DNA from: a virus
IMG/VR virus record: IMGVR_UViG_3300028549_000279
Strand: one strand, 5' to 3'
Length of the DNA stretch: 49,232 nt
Shown: positions 5,652-15,600 of the stretch, in pieces
How positions within the stretch are numbered: the first letter of the stretch is position 1
Layout: every line of letters begins with the position of its first letter
Notes under the pieces: generated by a model
What the model was told of the DNA's origin: nothing
What the model saw: only the letters and a program-made list of their open reading frames with translations
Database searches by the model: none
Position numbers and translations under genes: made by a program

Positions 5652-8432
5652 ATGGGATTCTTTGAATACTACTTCAAGACAGACAGTGAGTACGGAGAGG
5701 AAATGGCAGTACCATGTCCGTTTCCTCACCACACTTCCACAGGTGCAGAATACTTTGAAACAAATCCGTCAGCGCATGTCAACGTGAAGAACCGTATCTT
5801 TCACTGTAAAGTGTGTAACAAAGGACATTCTGAGAAATCATTCATCAGCGAAATTTATGGTTGTACTTATGGTGATGCAGCTCGTATCACAAAAGTATTC
5901 AACAATGATGAAACTCTACAGCAATGGCAAGAGTACACACATATGAATGAAGCAGGGTATCAACTTGCAGAGTCTCTTGGAATTACAAGAGCAATCATTG
6001 ATGAACTGCATGTATCTTCACAGGTTGAGGGCACCTTAGCCTTTCCTGTGTTTATGAATAACAAATTAATCGACATCAGAACATACACTCCAGGAGGAAC
6101 CCCTAAAGTAAAAAGTAGACCAGGGTGCTTATCTGGAGAAATTATTCCGCTAGACCTTTGGCAACAATCAGTTCTGTCCAGAACAACCTTGATATGTGCA
6201 GGAGAGAAAGACATGGCAACGACACGCAGCCATGGCTTTAATGCTATCACAATCACAGGGGGAGAAATGGCACTACCATTCTCACCAGTGTTCTTTAAAG
6301 GCAGGGACGTTGTAGTTCTATACGACAACGACGATGCTGGAAAATTAGGAGCAGCCCGATTAGCCACTTACCTTTTGGAATATTGTCACAGTGTTAAAGT
6401 TTGTACTAACTTCCACTCTATCTGCAAAGAAGAAAAGGAAGACATGACGGACTTCTGGAATAAGTACAACAGTACCAGAGAACAACTAATACAGTTTATG
6501 AATGACACTCCTTACTTTACACCTGCGCAAGCAGTGGAGCAGAGTACATTACCTTTGTTATCTTTGCAAGAAGCGACTGACCCCAAGTACATAGGCAAAA
6601 TGCTACGTACTAATATCCAGGTGGTAGCAGTTTCAGACGTACAGTACGTAGTACCAACCACAGTAACTGGGGAAAAGATAAAGGACGCAGGTAAAGACGA
6701 CTCCATGTACATAGGGGAAGTAAGAGATTGGGAACTTAAAGACAATAATGTACAAGACATATTGCACCTTATGGATAATGGATTTAAGGAAGAAGATATC
6801 ATTAACAATTTAAAAATGCTAATGAAAATCCCAATCAAAGAACGTTACATCAAAATCTCTAAACCTTTTAAGGACGTAGTGTACAAAGGATATGTCACAG
6901 ATATGTTTGAATCTTTATCTGTGGACTCAATGCCTATGGAGTACGCAGCCTATTGTCTAGGTACTAGATTAGAATCTGGTAAAAAATATCTATGTACTTA
7001 CAAACTGGTTCCGCATCCGTACAAAGGACAAACACTTATCATGCTGATTACCAGTGCAATCCCAGCTAATGATAGTGTGAGCAACTTCAAAATTACAGAA
7101 GAAGCAAAGCAACATCTTACCATCTTCCAACAAGTAGAGGGCACAACAGCACAAAAGATTAACAGCATGGTGCAACGTGTCAAAGGATTGTTAGGGTATG
7201 ATGGCAATGATACTCTGATTGAACTGATTGATTTAGCATACCATACGGTATTAGCTTTCAACTTTGGGCAGTTCAAGAATGTACGTGGCTACCTAGACAC
7301 TCTGATTGTAGGAGAATCTAGGGTAGGTAAATCCAGTACAGCAGATGCGCTAAGGAGCACCTACCAATTAGGAACATTCACATCGTTGGCTGGAAACTCA
7401 GCTACAATTCCTGGGTTAATTGGTGGTTCAAATAAAACTGCAGGAGGACAGATGCAGACAAAAGCTGGACTGATACCTCAGAATCATAAAGGTTTAATTA
7501 TCTTTGAGGAGTTCGGCAAATGTAATAGCAACTTAGTATCAGAACTTACTGACATCCGTAGTAGCAACGAGGTACGAATTACGCGTGTGAGTGGAGTGCT
7601 CTGTTTACCAGCTATGGTGCGTATGATTTCACTATCGAATGTTAAGACCTTTGGTAATGAGATTAAGTCCATAGCATCCTACCCCAATGGATTGTCTGTA
7701 ATCACAGACTTGGTACAGACTGCAGAAGATATTGCCAGGTACGATTTATTGTGTGTACTGGGTGATAGAGGTAATACACAGATAGACCCATTCTGGCAAC
7801 CTGCTACACCTTACCCAACAGAAGCATATCAAACGCGTGTACGATGGGTGTGGTCAAGAAAGCCAGAACAAATATTGATAACAGATGAAGTTGCACATCA
7901 TCTAATCAACCAAGCCAATGCACTAAATGCCGAGTATGATTGTCATATAAAGATATTTGGTACAGAAGCCTGGAAGAAACTCTGTAGAGTAGCAATAGCT
8001 GTAGCTGGATACTTAGTATCTACTGATGAAACTTATCAGAATATCATCGTACAGAAAGAACATGTAGACTATGCAGTAGCTTTGTTCATACGCTTATATG
8101 ACAACCACGTGTTTAGATTGCGTGAGTATGTAGCCAATGAACGTAAGTACAATAACATAGATGATGATGGTATTCGTATGCTACAAGAACTCTACATCAA
8201 AGTACCAGCATTGTTGCTTATACTAGAACAAGAATCACGTCCTAATAGAAACAGTCTGATGGCTGCAGTAGGGTTAGACCAGAACCAATACAATGGATTT
8301 ATGTCTACACTAATCCGCGGTTCATTTGTAAAACTATCTGGTGCAGATATACTACCAACAGAACGGTTTAGATTAGGAATGTCACGGATTGACCGTGGAG
8401 GAATACTAAGGAGGCTAGGAGAAAATGCTTAA
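5652..8432 (+). CDS. Bifunctional DnaG-type primase (Zn finger + TOPRIM) / MCM-like AAA+ helicase
   Basis: CPFPHH...HCKVCNKGH is a zinc finger. ICAGEKDM...ITGGE...LYDNDDAGKLGA is a TOPRIM domain. VGESRVGKSS (Walker A), GNSATIPGLIGG...KAGLIPQNHKGLIIFEEFGKC and ARYDLL match the MCM pattern (GLTA...GALVLAD.G.C.IDEFDKM...SRFDL). Confidence 0.85.
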   Translation: MGFFEYYFKTDSEYGEEMAVPCPFPHHTSTGAEYFETNPSAHVNVKNRIFHCKVCNKGHSEKSFISEIYGCTYGDAARITKVFNNDETLQQWQEYTHMNEAGYQLAESLGITRAIIDELHVSSQVEGTLAFPVFMNNKLIDIRTYTPGGTPKVKSRPGCLSGEIIPLDLWQQSVLSRTTLICAGEKDMATTRSHGFNAITITGGEMALPFSPVFFKGRDVVVLYDNDDAGKLGAARLATYLLEYCHSVKVCTNFHSICKEEKEDMTDFWNKYNSTREQLIQFMNDTPYFTPAQAVEQSTLPLLSLQEATDPKYIGKMLRTNIQVVAVSDVQYVVPTTVTGEKIKDAGKDDSMYIGEVRDWELKDNNVQDILHLMDNGFKEEDIINNLKMLMKIPIKERYIKISKPFKDVVYKGYVTDMFESLSVDSMPMEYAAYCLGTRLESGKKYLCTYKLVPHPYKGQTLIMLITSAIPANDSVSNFKITEEAKQHLTIFQQVEGTTAQKINSMVQRVKGLLGYDGNDTLIELIDLAYHTVLAFNFGQFKNVRGYLDTLIVGESRVGKSSTADALRSTYQLGTFTSLAGNSATIPGLIGGSNKTAGGQMQTKAGLIPQNHKGLIIFEEFGKCNSNLVSELTDIRSSNEVRITRVSGVLCLPAMVRMISLSNVKTFGNEIKSIASYPNGLSVITDLVQTAEDIARYDLLCVLGDRGNTQIDPFWQPATPYPTEAYQTRVRWVWSRKPEQILITDEVAHHLINQANALNAEYDCHIKIFGTEAWKKLCRVAIAVAGYLVSTDETYQNIIVQKEHVDYAVALFIRLYDNHVFRLREYVANERKYNNIDDDGIRMLQELYIKVPALLLILEQESRPNRNSLMAAVGLDQNQYNGFMSTLIRGSFVKLSGADILPTERFRLGMSRIDRGGILRRLGENA

Positions 8433-10626
8433 TTGGACTCATGTAGATGTCGTAACGAAACAAGATGTAATCGACATGACAGGGGAGTTCTTTGCTGATG
8501 AAGCTAATATCATAGCATCTGGATTTGATACAGAAACTACAGGTCTGCATATCATATATGACAGACCTTTTCTGTACCAATTTGGCTGGTGTACTGCAGA
8601 CCATGGGCACACTTACGCAGTAGACTTAGAACTCACCCCAGAACTAGCACGACAAACTATTACTATCTGGCAAGTGTACGCATCCAGAACACCTATCTAT
8701 CTAGGGCATAATGTGAAGTTTGATTTACATATGGTAATGAATATAGGAATACCTTACAAGTACCCTAACATTTCAGACAACATGTCATGGATAAGACTTG
8801 GAAGTGACGCAATACCAGAACGTAAAGGTGGAGTTCCTTTAGGATTAAAGAAATTTGCAACAAGATACATCTCTAAAGATGCTGCTGAACTTGACCATGC
8901 AGTACAAGAAGAACGAACTGCAATCAGCACAGCATTAAATAATAAATTAAAGAAACGTTTAGGGTGGACTAAGAAAAAAATAGATGAATTTTTTAAAGAT
9001 AAATTAAACACTGCTGATGATTTACCACCAAGAGAACGAGCAGCGTACAGCGAGTGGTATTCTTTAGAACTGCCTCTGTGGTTACAAGGTAAAATTAAAG
9101 CAGCAGTTACCTCAGATGATATTCCTTATAACAAAGTTAACCGTAAAGTACTTACACATTATGGTCATTTTGATATTGTATGGTTACTTGAAGCATTCTT
9201 AATGATGCAGCGCGTGGTTACAGTAAGAGGGAATCTAGATGCCATTAAGATAGAGAATGATAATATCTATCCACTACTACGTATGGAACGAGTAGGATTT
9301 AAAACAGATTATAATTATCTTATCAGTGCGCAACAAAAAATGAAGACCTACCTTAGAGAGCGCAGAAAAGATTTATGTGCTATGGCAGGGGTACAAATAA
9401 AGTCCAGTCAAAACGAAGTTATACTTAAATTATTAAACACCAAATTTAATGTGCAAGTAGAGACTACAGAAGCAGAAGCTCTAAGTAGAATCTGTAGTGA
9501 TTTAAAACATGAAGACGCAGGACATCCTGCTGTAGCTTTCATAGAAACTCTACAAGAACTACGCACTCTGGAGAAATGGTACAGCACATACATCATGCGT
9601 TTCATATCCAACTTCAAACAAGAAGATGGAAAACTGTACACCTCTATTAATCCGTCTGGTACAGTAAGTGGTAGAGTTACCTCAGACTTTCAACAATTCC
9701 CCAAAGATGCTATCTCTACTATTGATGGGGAAGAATTATTTGAACCACGTAAGATGGTACTGGCAGAAGACGGAGACTTTGATTCTATTGTTTACTTAGA
9801 TTATTCGCAAATAGAATTAAGACTCCAAGCATTCTATACCATACTAGTAGGAACACCAGACATTAACCTTTGTCGCGCGTACATGCCTTACAAATGCCAC
9901 ACGCACATAGCTGGTGTAATAAAACACTATGAGTACATGGATACCTGGTGTAAAGCACATGCATATGATTTGGAATGGTACTACGATGAAGAACCAGACA
10001 AACATTGGGAAGCATTGGATGTACACGGAGCTACTACTAAGATAGCATTTCAAATTGATGAAACAGATGAACGCTTTCATGCATTGCGGTACAAAGGTAA
10101 GCGTGTAAACTTCGCTAAGAATTATGGTGCAACCTTTAATAAGATTAAAGAAATGTTTCCAGAGTATGATGATGCAACAATACATAGAATAGATGATGCA
10201 TATTATATTGCATTTCCTGGCGTAAAAGCGTATCATCAATATTGTTATAACATGGCGAATATCAAAGCCTACCTTTCCAATATGTTTGGTGTGAAATACT
10301 ACAATGCATCTGGACACAATCTAATCAACATGTTGGTACAAGGAACTGGAGCATACTTTTTAAAACTAAAAGTATTTGCAGTAGATAAGTATCTAAGAGA
10401 CAATGGATACAAATCAGTTATGATGATGCAGATTCACGATGAACTACAATTTAAACATCATAAAGATGACCCTTTGGAAATCTTTTTTGAAATCAAAAAA
10501 ATAATGGAGGAATGGGATGAAACGTATGTTCCTATTGTGGCAGATATGGAAGTCACTACAACAACATGGGCGAACAAGTACGAAGTAAATTCCCTGGAGG
10601 AATTCTATGGAAGCACCAGTCATTAG
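8425..10626 (+). CDS. Family A DNA polymerase with 3'-5' exonuclease domain
   Basis: Exo motifs are GFDTETTGL, GHNVKFDLH and YGHFDIVWLL. Pol motifs are A (YLDYSQIELR), B (RYKGKRVNFAKNYG) and C (QIHDELQF). Confidence 0.95.
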   Translation: MLNWTHVDVVTKQDVIDMTGEFFADEANIIASGFDTETTGLHIIYDRPFLYQFGWCTADHGHTYAVDLELTPELARQTITIWQVYASRTPIYLGHNVKFDLHMVMNIGIPYKYPNISDNMSWIRLGSDAIPERKGGVPLGLKKFATRYISKDAAELDHAVQEERTAISTALNNKLKKRLGWTKKKIDEFFKDKLNTADDLPPRERAAYSEWYSLELPLWLQGKIKAAVTSDDIPYNKVNRKVLTHYGHFDIVWLLEAFLMMQRVVTVRGNLDAIKIENDNIYPLLRMERVGFKTDYNYLISAQQKMKTYLRERRKDLCAMAGVQIKSSQNEVILKLLNTKFNVQVETTEAEALSRICSDLKHEDAGHPAVAFIETLQELRTLEKWYSTYIMRFISNFKQEDGKLYTSINPSGTVSGRVTSDFQQFPKDAISTIDGEELFEPRKMVLAEDGDFDSIVYLDYSQIELRLQAFYTILVGTPDINLCRAYMPYKCHTHIAGVIKHYEYMDTWCKAHAYDLEWYYDEEPDKHWEALDVHGATTKIAFQIDETDERFHALRYKGKRVNFAKNYGATFNKIKEMFPEYDDATIHRIDDAYYIAFPGVKAYHQYCYNMANIKAYLSNMFGVKYYNASGHNLINMLVQGTGAYFLKLKVFAVDKYLRDNGYKSVMMMQIHDELQFKHHKDDPLEIFFEIKKIMEEWDETYVPIVADMEVTTTTWANKYEVNSLEEFYGSTSH

Positions 10627-11251
10627 ACCAGAAGATTTAAGTTATAGATACACCCTTGGAATTGACCCATCTGGTGCCTTTGTGGAAGATGGCAAAGGTA
10701 CAACTGGATGGTGTATCATGGATAACTTAACAAGAACAATAATTGAAATAGGTTGTGTGTCAGCTAGAAACTATCAATCGAATCATGAGTATTGGGAAGC
10801 ACATCTGACTTTAATAAAACGTATTATGAAAAAGTATGCGTTTCAATTTGCAGTTAGTATAGAAAATTACATTCTATACGAAAAAAATGCACAATCACAA
10901 GTAAATAGTACACTAGAAACAGTACAGGTCATTGCTATTATTAAACAATACTGTTGGCAAAACTCAATAAAATATGCTATACGTCCAGCAGTCTTTGTTA
11001 AGAAAAGATTCAGCAATGAAATTCTAGCTTACCATAATGTAATCTACATGGTAGGCACTACATGTTATACGAAATGTAGACCAGAAGCTGCACTACTAAC
11101 ACATGAACTTGATGCAATCAGACACGCAATGTTCTTTGCTACTTTTGAAAATAGGAGGAAAGAAGATGAAGAAAATAATACTAAGTATTGTCATATTGAT
11201 AGTCGCATTAACCATGTCCAAAACAGAGTCTACCTTTGCGAAGATGGCTGA
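10607..11251 (+). CDS. RuvC-like Holliday junction resolvase
   Basis: LGIDPSG, VSIENY and HELDAIRHA carry the acidic residues of a RuvC/RNase H fold. The 3' end overlaps the next gene by 86 nt. Confidence 0.65.
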   Translation: MEAPVIRPEDLSYRYTLGIDPSGAFVEDGKGTTGWCIMDNLTRTIIEIGCVSARNYQSNHEYWEAHLTLIKRIMKKYAFQFAVSIENYILYEKNAQSQVNSTLETVQVIAIIKQYCWQNSIKYAIRPAVFVKKRFSNEILAYHNVIYMVGTTCYTKCRPEAALLTHELDAIRHAMFFATFENRRKEDEENNTKYCHIDSRINHVQNRVYLCEDG

Positions 11252-11555
11252 TTCACCACTCATTGCAATGAAGTTAACTGGGTACTACCAAGGAGTTGTT
11301 TGTAAGGATGGTACTGTGCCCATCACAGGGCTTACCTGCGCGTCTAAAGACGAATGGTTAGGTTATACTGCAATCGTATGGGAACGGCTTCCTAATGGTG
11401 CACAGGGCAAGCTCATAGGGTTCTATGAATGTCACGATACAGGCGGAGCTGAGGTATCTTCTGGTAGAAACTTAGATATAAGGTGTGATACAGAAGCAGA
11501 TTGCTACGCCATAACACAGCCAGTATATGTACAGTACGTATTCGCGGAGGGATAA
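11166..11555 (+). CDS. Secreted 3D-domain (RlpA/MltA-like DPBB) protein
   Basis: AGGAGG RBS. The N-terminal signal/TM segment is MKKIILSIVILIVALTMS. LTGYYQG...ECHDTGGAEVSSGRNLDIRCD matches the 3D-domain pattern (aTaY...DTGGai.g..iDi). Confidence 0.55.
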   Translation: MKKIILSIVILIVALTMSKTESTFAKMADSPLIAMKLTGYYQGVVCKDGTVPITGLTCASKDEWLGYTAIVWERLPNGAQGKLIGFYECHDTGGAEVSSGRNLDIRCDTEADCYAITQPVYVQYVFAEG

Positions 11556-11556
11556 C

Positions 11557-12288
11557 ATGAACGATAAAGATATTTTAAAAAAGGGACAGCTTCAAATAGT
11601 TTGTGAAGACGCATATTCTTTAGCAAAGAATGACCCTAATGCATTTTCAATGTTAAGGCGTAATGGATTTGGGGCATCAGACAATTCAGTATTTTTAGGA
11701 TTGAACAAATGGACTAAGATTGAAGAACTAATAGCACAGAAACAAGCTACAGAAATTACTCCAGAAGAAAAACTGATTGGAGAAAAACCTGTTGTACGCA
11801 AAGGCTCAGACTTAGAACCTCTAATACTACAAAAGTTTGCAGAATTTTCTGGCATGGAAGTGTATAAACCAAATGCGATGTACTCTTTTGTAGAACATCC
11901 ATGGCTTACAATTAACTATGATGGTGTGTTAGACTTTGGTGATGATGTTTTAATTCCTGTTGAAGCTAAGTTTGTTAGTACATATGCAGACAAATACTGG
12001 GATACTCTAAAAGCTATCCCTCACATTGGCGCAGGGAACCCTGTATTCATGGCAGGACATAACCCAGTGGATGTTATGGAAGCTACAGCAAAACAATATG
12101 GTATACCTGGATATTATTATTCTCAATTACAGCAACAACTAATGGGACTTAATGCTCCATTCGGGTATATGGCTGCATTATTTGATAAGACTTGGGAATT
12201 AAAAGTCTTTAAAATATTTGCAGAACCGTATACAAAGAATCAAATCCTTACGGTCGGTAAGGAAATCTGGGATAAGGTAGGTAAATAA
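11557..12288 (+). CDS. YqaJ/lambda-exonuclease-like PD-(D/E)xK recombination exonuclease
   Basis: GGAGGG RBS before ATG 11557. RRNGFGASDNSVFLGLNKW is the YqaJ N-terminal motif, and PVEAKFV is an ExK motif. Confidence 0.7.
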   Translation: MNDKDILKKGQLQIVCEDAYSLAKNDPNAFSMLRRNGFGASDNSVFLGLNKWTKIEELIAQKQATEITPEEKLIGEKPVVRKGSDLEPLILQKFAEFSGMEVYKPNAMYSFVEHPWLTINYDGVLDFGDDVLIPVEAKFVSTYADKYWDTLKAIPHIGAGNPVFMAGHNPVDVMEATAKQYGIPGYYYSQLQQQLMGLNAPFGYMAALFDKTWELKVFKIFAEPYTKNQILTVGKEIWDKVGK

Positions 12289-12290
12289 TT

Positions 12291-12563
12291 ATGATGAAAT
12301 TAAGTGACACAACAGACATGATGTTAAACACAGAATATAAAGAAAGATTTAAAGCAGAATATTATCAATTACGCATTAGGTTTTATGCGTTAAAAGCAAT
12401 GCTGGATAGTTGGGATGCAGGCACATTAAATTTTAAACCAACATGCCCTAGAAAAATGTACAATAAGCAAGTTGACGCCATGATTGCTTATATAATGGTG
12501 TTAGAAGACAGAGCAAAATTAGAGGGCATACCGTTAGACCCAAGTACTAACAATGTAAAATAG
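12291..12563 (+). CDS. Hypothetical protein (90 aa); last gene of the plus-strand arm
   Basis: The ORF begins with ATGATG 2 nt after the previous stop and is followed by the convergent terminator. Confidence 0.55.
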   Translation: MMKLSDTTDMMLNTEYKERFKAEYYQLRIRFYALKAMLDSWDAGTLNFKPTCPRKMYNKQVDAMIAYIMVLEDRAKLEGIPLDPSTNNVK

Positions 12564-12571
12564 ACGAAAAG

Positions 12572-12600
12572 AGAAGCAGCTAAAAGCTGCTTCTTCTTGT
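12572..12600. terminator. Bidirectional rho-independent terminator at the convergence of the two arms
   Basis: agaagcagct/agctgcttct forms a 10-bp stem (12572-12581 / 12585-12594). T-rich runs follow on both strands. It overlaps the stop codon of the giant ORF. Confidence 0.6.
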
Positions 12601-15600
12601 TTGGTATTTCATTTTGTTCTTGATTTCATTTCTACGTAACCTTGTGATAGAAGCATTACTATAGGAATTCCATGCATTACTACGTATTGTCATACGTGAT
12701 AACCCATACTTAGCGTACATCTCTCGGTACATATTCTTACGATTGCTGTGCGCTACATTTCTGTATGAGGCAGGTAGCCCACTTGCCATACCCAAAACGG
12801 TACGTGTGCGGTTATATCCCAGGGTTATCTTTTGTGTAGTCTGCGCACCAAACTTATGCCCACGTCTTGAATTGGTTGCTGAGTATGTTCTACCAAAGCT
12901 CCGCTTGTTCTTGAAAGGTTTTCTTTGTTTTTTAAACCGTGCTTTATAGTTATTTACAAATCTTCGATTCGGTCTACGTACACGTCTAGGTTTCTTCAAA
13001 CCTTTCACATTGATTATCTTAGCACCACCACTAGGTGTGGCTAGAGAAAGGTAAGCTCCCTCTTTTATCATGTTCATTATCGTTGCTTTATCGTATCCTT
13101 GTGCTTTCAAGTATGCATACGTTCTACTGTACGCACCTTTCTCAAACTTGATATAGTCTGGTAAGCTGTCATAAAATGCTTTGAATGCTGCATCTTTATC
13201 TGTCTTCATCTTGTCTATATCTTTCTGAGAATACAGTACTAACTTACCATTTGCATCTACATCCACATAATTTTTCAACATGTAAGATTTTGCATCTTCG
13301 TAAGACATTCCCTCTTTGTCCATTAAGTGTCTCAAGATACGTTTGTACGCACCTTTTTCATACTTAATGTAGTCTGGAAGTTTAGCAAAGTACGCTTGAA
13401 ACTCAGCAATTTCTTCTGGAGTTAATGCTCCCCACTTCTGAACTCCTTTTGATTTAAGACCTCTACAATCTATTAGTCTGCCATCTACTGTAAGATATGC
13501 GCCATCTTTTATCATGGCTTTAGCTTCCTCACTGCTTGCTCCATTCTTAGTGAGCCAACTAATTGTTCTACTGAATGCACCTTTTTCGTACTTGATATAC
13601 TCTGGTAAATTGTTGTAGTACGTCTTAAATTCTGTACTACTTGTTGCTTCTTTAGCTGCATTCTCTGCGTCAGTGTACGTAACTGCTTTACCTTTTGGGT
13701 CTACATAGAAATGATTAGCTGTGATATAATCTCTAGCCTGGTCTATGTCTGCAACAATTCCATTGCCTATAAGATATGCAATTGTTCTAGTGGATGCACC
13801 TGGTTCATACTGCATCCAGTCTGGAAGTCCATTCATATATTCAATGTACTCTGTGTTTAACGATGAAGTTAATTCATCAGCCTGTGTTTGTGTCAGGTAG
13901 CGTACATCACCTTGTTCATCAATGTACGGATTCTGTGTGGACATAAGATTCCACATCTGTTCAACTGTATACCCTTGTGCTTTGTACCATGCTTTCAACT
14001 GTGCGTACTGTCCATCTTCATATTTAATATAGTCTGGAAGCATGTCATATTTCTTTAAGAAAGCAAGGTTACGAATTCTATCATCTACTTCTTCGATATT
14101 TGTTGCACCCAGCCATACCCTCTGAATGAGCCTAATGGCTTCATCTGCGGTGTAACCTTTATCAACCAAGGATTCTAAGGCTGCGTTGATTTCATCGTCC
14201 TTATACTGGTATTCCTGTGGTCTGGGAGTGCCGAACATCCAACTAAGAATGTGCCCAACTTCTTCTTCCTCATACCCCATCTTTGTATATAACCCATAGT
14301 AATCTACATACGTCTCTGGGTTTTTAGTGAAGAAGCTAGGTACAGCTGAAATACCAAATACATATCTGTGTGTCTTTTTGTATTCATCTGTTTGTTCATA
14401 CCAGTTTGTACCTACAGGTCTGTCCATGTAACTTTGTTTATCACTAACTGTACCAACTACACTAGGCATTACCATACCGAGAACATCAAACAATGACTCA
14501 GATAATCTGTAGCCGTATTCGTTTTGTAACTGTGGATTAGTATTGATAGCCTGGAGGTCAGCTACACTAAGGTTTCCAGTTTTTAAATGTGTCATAGCTA
14601 AGTTTACCAGTCCTCCTAAGAGTGGTACTAAATCAAAGAGGTCATAGTAATTCTCACGTAACACTTCATCCCAGTCTGCACCCTCACCCATTAACATATA
14701 TGGTATTACTTTTTGTAATAGTGTTGAGATAGGTGCGTAAATATTATCTGCAAAGATGCTAGGCACTTGTCCAGATAACAATTCTGGGATTGCCATAAAC
14801 ACACTCTGCACCATACTAAGTGCATCTACAAAAGTGTTACCAGCTTTCAGTACATGATTCTTACCTAGTGCTATATTACCACCGTTCTCAGAGTAAAGTG
14901 ATGGGACACCTGTGTAGGCGTTAATTACACTACTGAGAAATCCAGGGTCTTCTGTATCTTCTTTGTTATCCTGGTAGTTTAATTCTCCACTTGCAATCTT
15001 TTCACGCAGTGCAATATTCCTATTCATCAGCATGAGTTCTTCTGAATCGTATTCAAGCTGTGCAGCTCTGCCGTATTTTGTCATGGTTCTAATTGCATTA
15101 AATCTATTAGGTGCATCGAACATCCAGAATGCTGTGTTGTAAATCTTAAATGTGCTAAATGGAAACAGAGTTTCTATAATATCCATACCTAAACTACGAT
15201 TTGAATAGTCAAACTGTGAAGCGATTACTTCCTGGTTAGCTCTATTCATAGACATACCAAACTTATCTGCGTAATACATAGCCATTCCTGTACGAGTTAC
15301 ATCTTCTGCAGCACTAAACTGTGCTTTGTTGAAGTTTAAGTATCCACTAAGGGCTTTCCCTGCAAGTGGAATACGCTGAATCATCTCCATAGCCATATCA
15401 TTGGAGGGGATGTAGTAGATATACAGTTTAGAAAGTATCTCTACTTGCTCTGTAGTGTATAGTTTAGAGAGTTCTAATGCTTTACGAACTTCTTCTTTGA
15501 TGATAGCAGCTTCTTTTTTTACTTCGTGTGCGTGTTTGTTGAACACCTTTTGGTAAATCTTTTGTGCTGACTCTACTTCCTCATACAATACGTGTGATAT

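Noticed and set aside
12572-12600. Convergent-arm hairpin as a special site such as a cos or pac site
   Set aside because: It is a 10-bp stem with T-rich tails on both strands at the point where the two transcription arms meet. A bidirectional intrinsic terminator explains it adequately.
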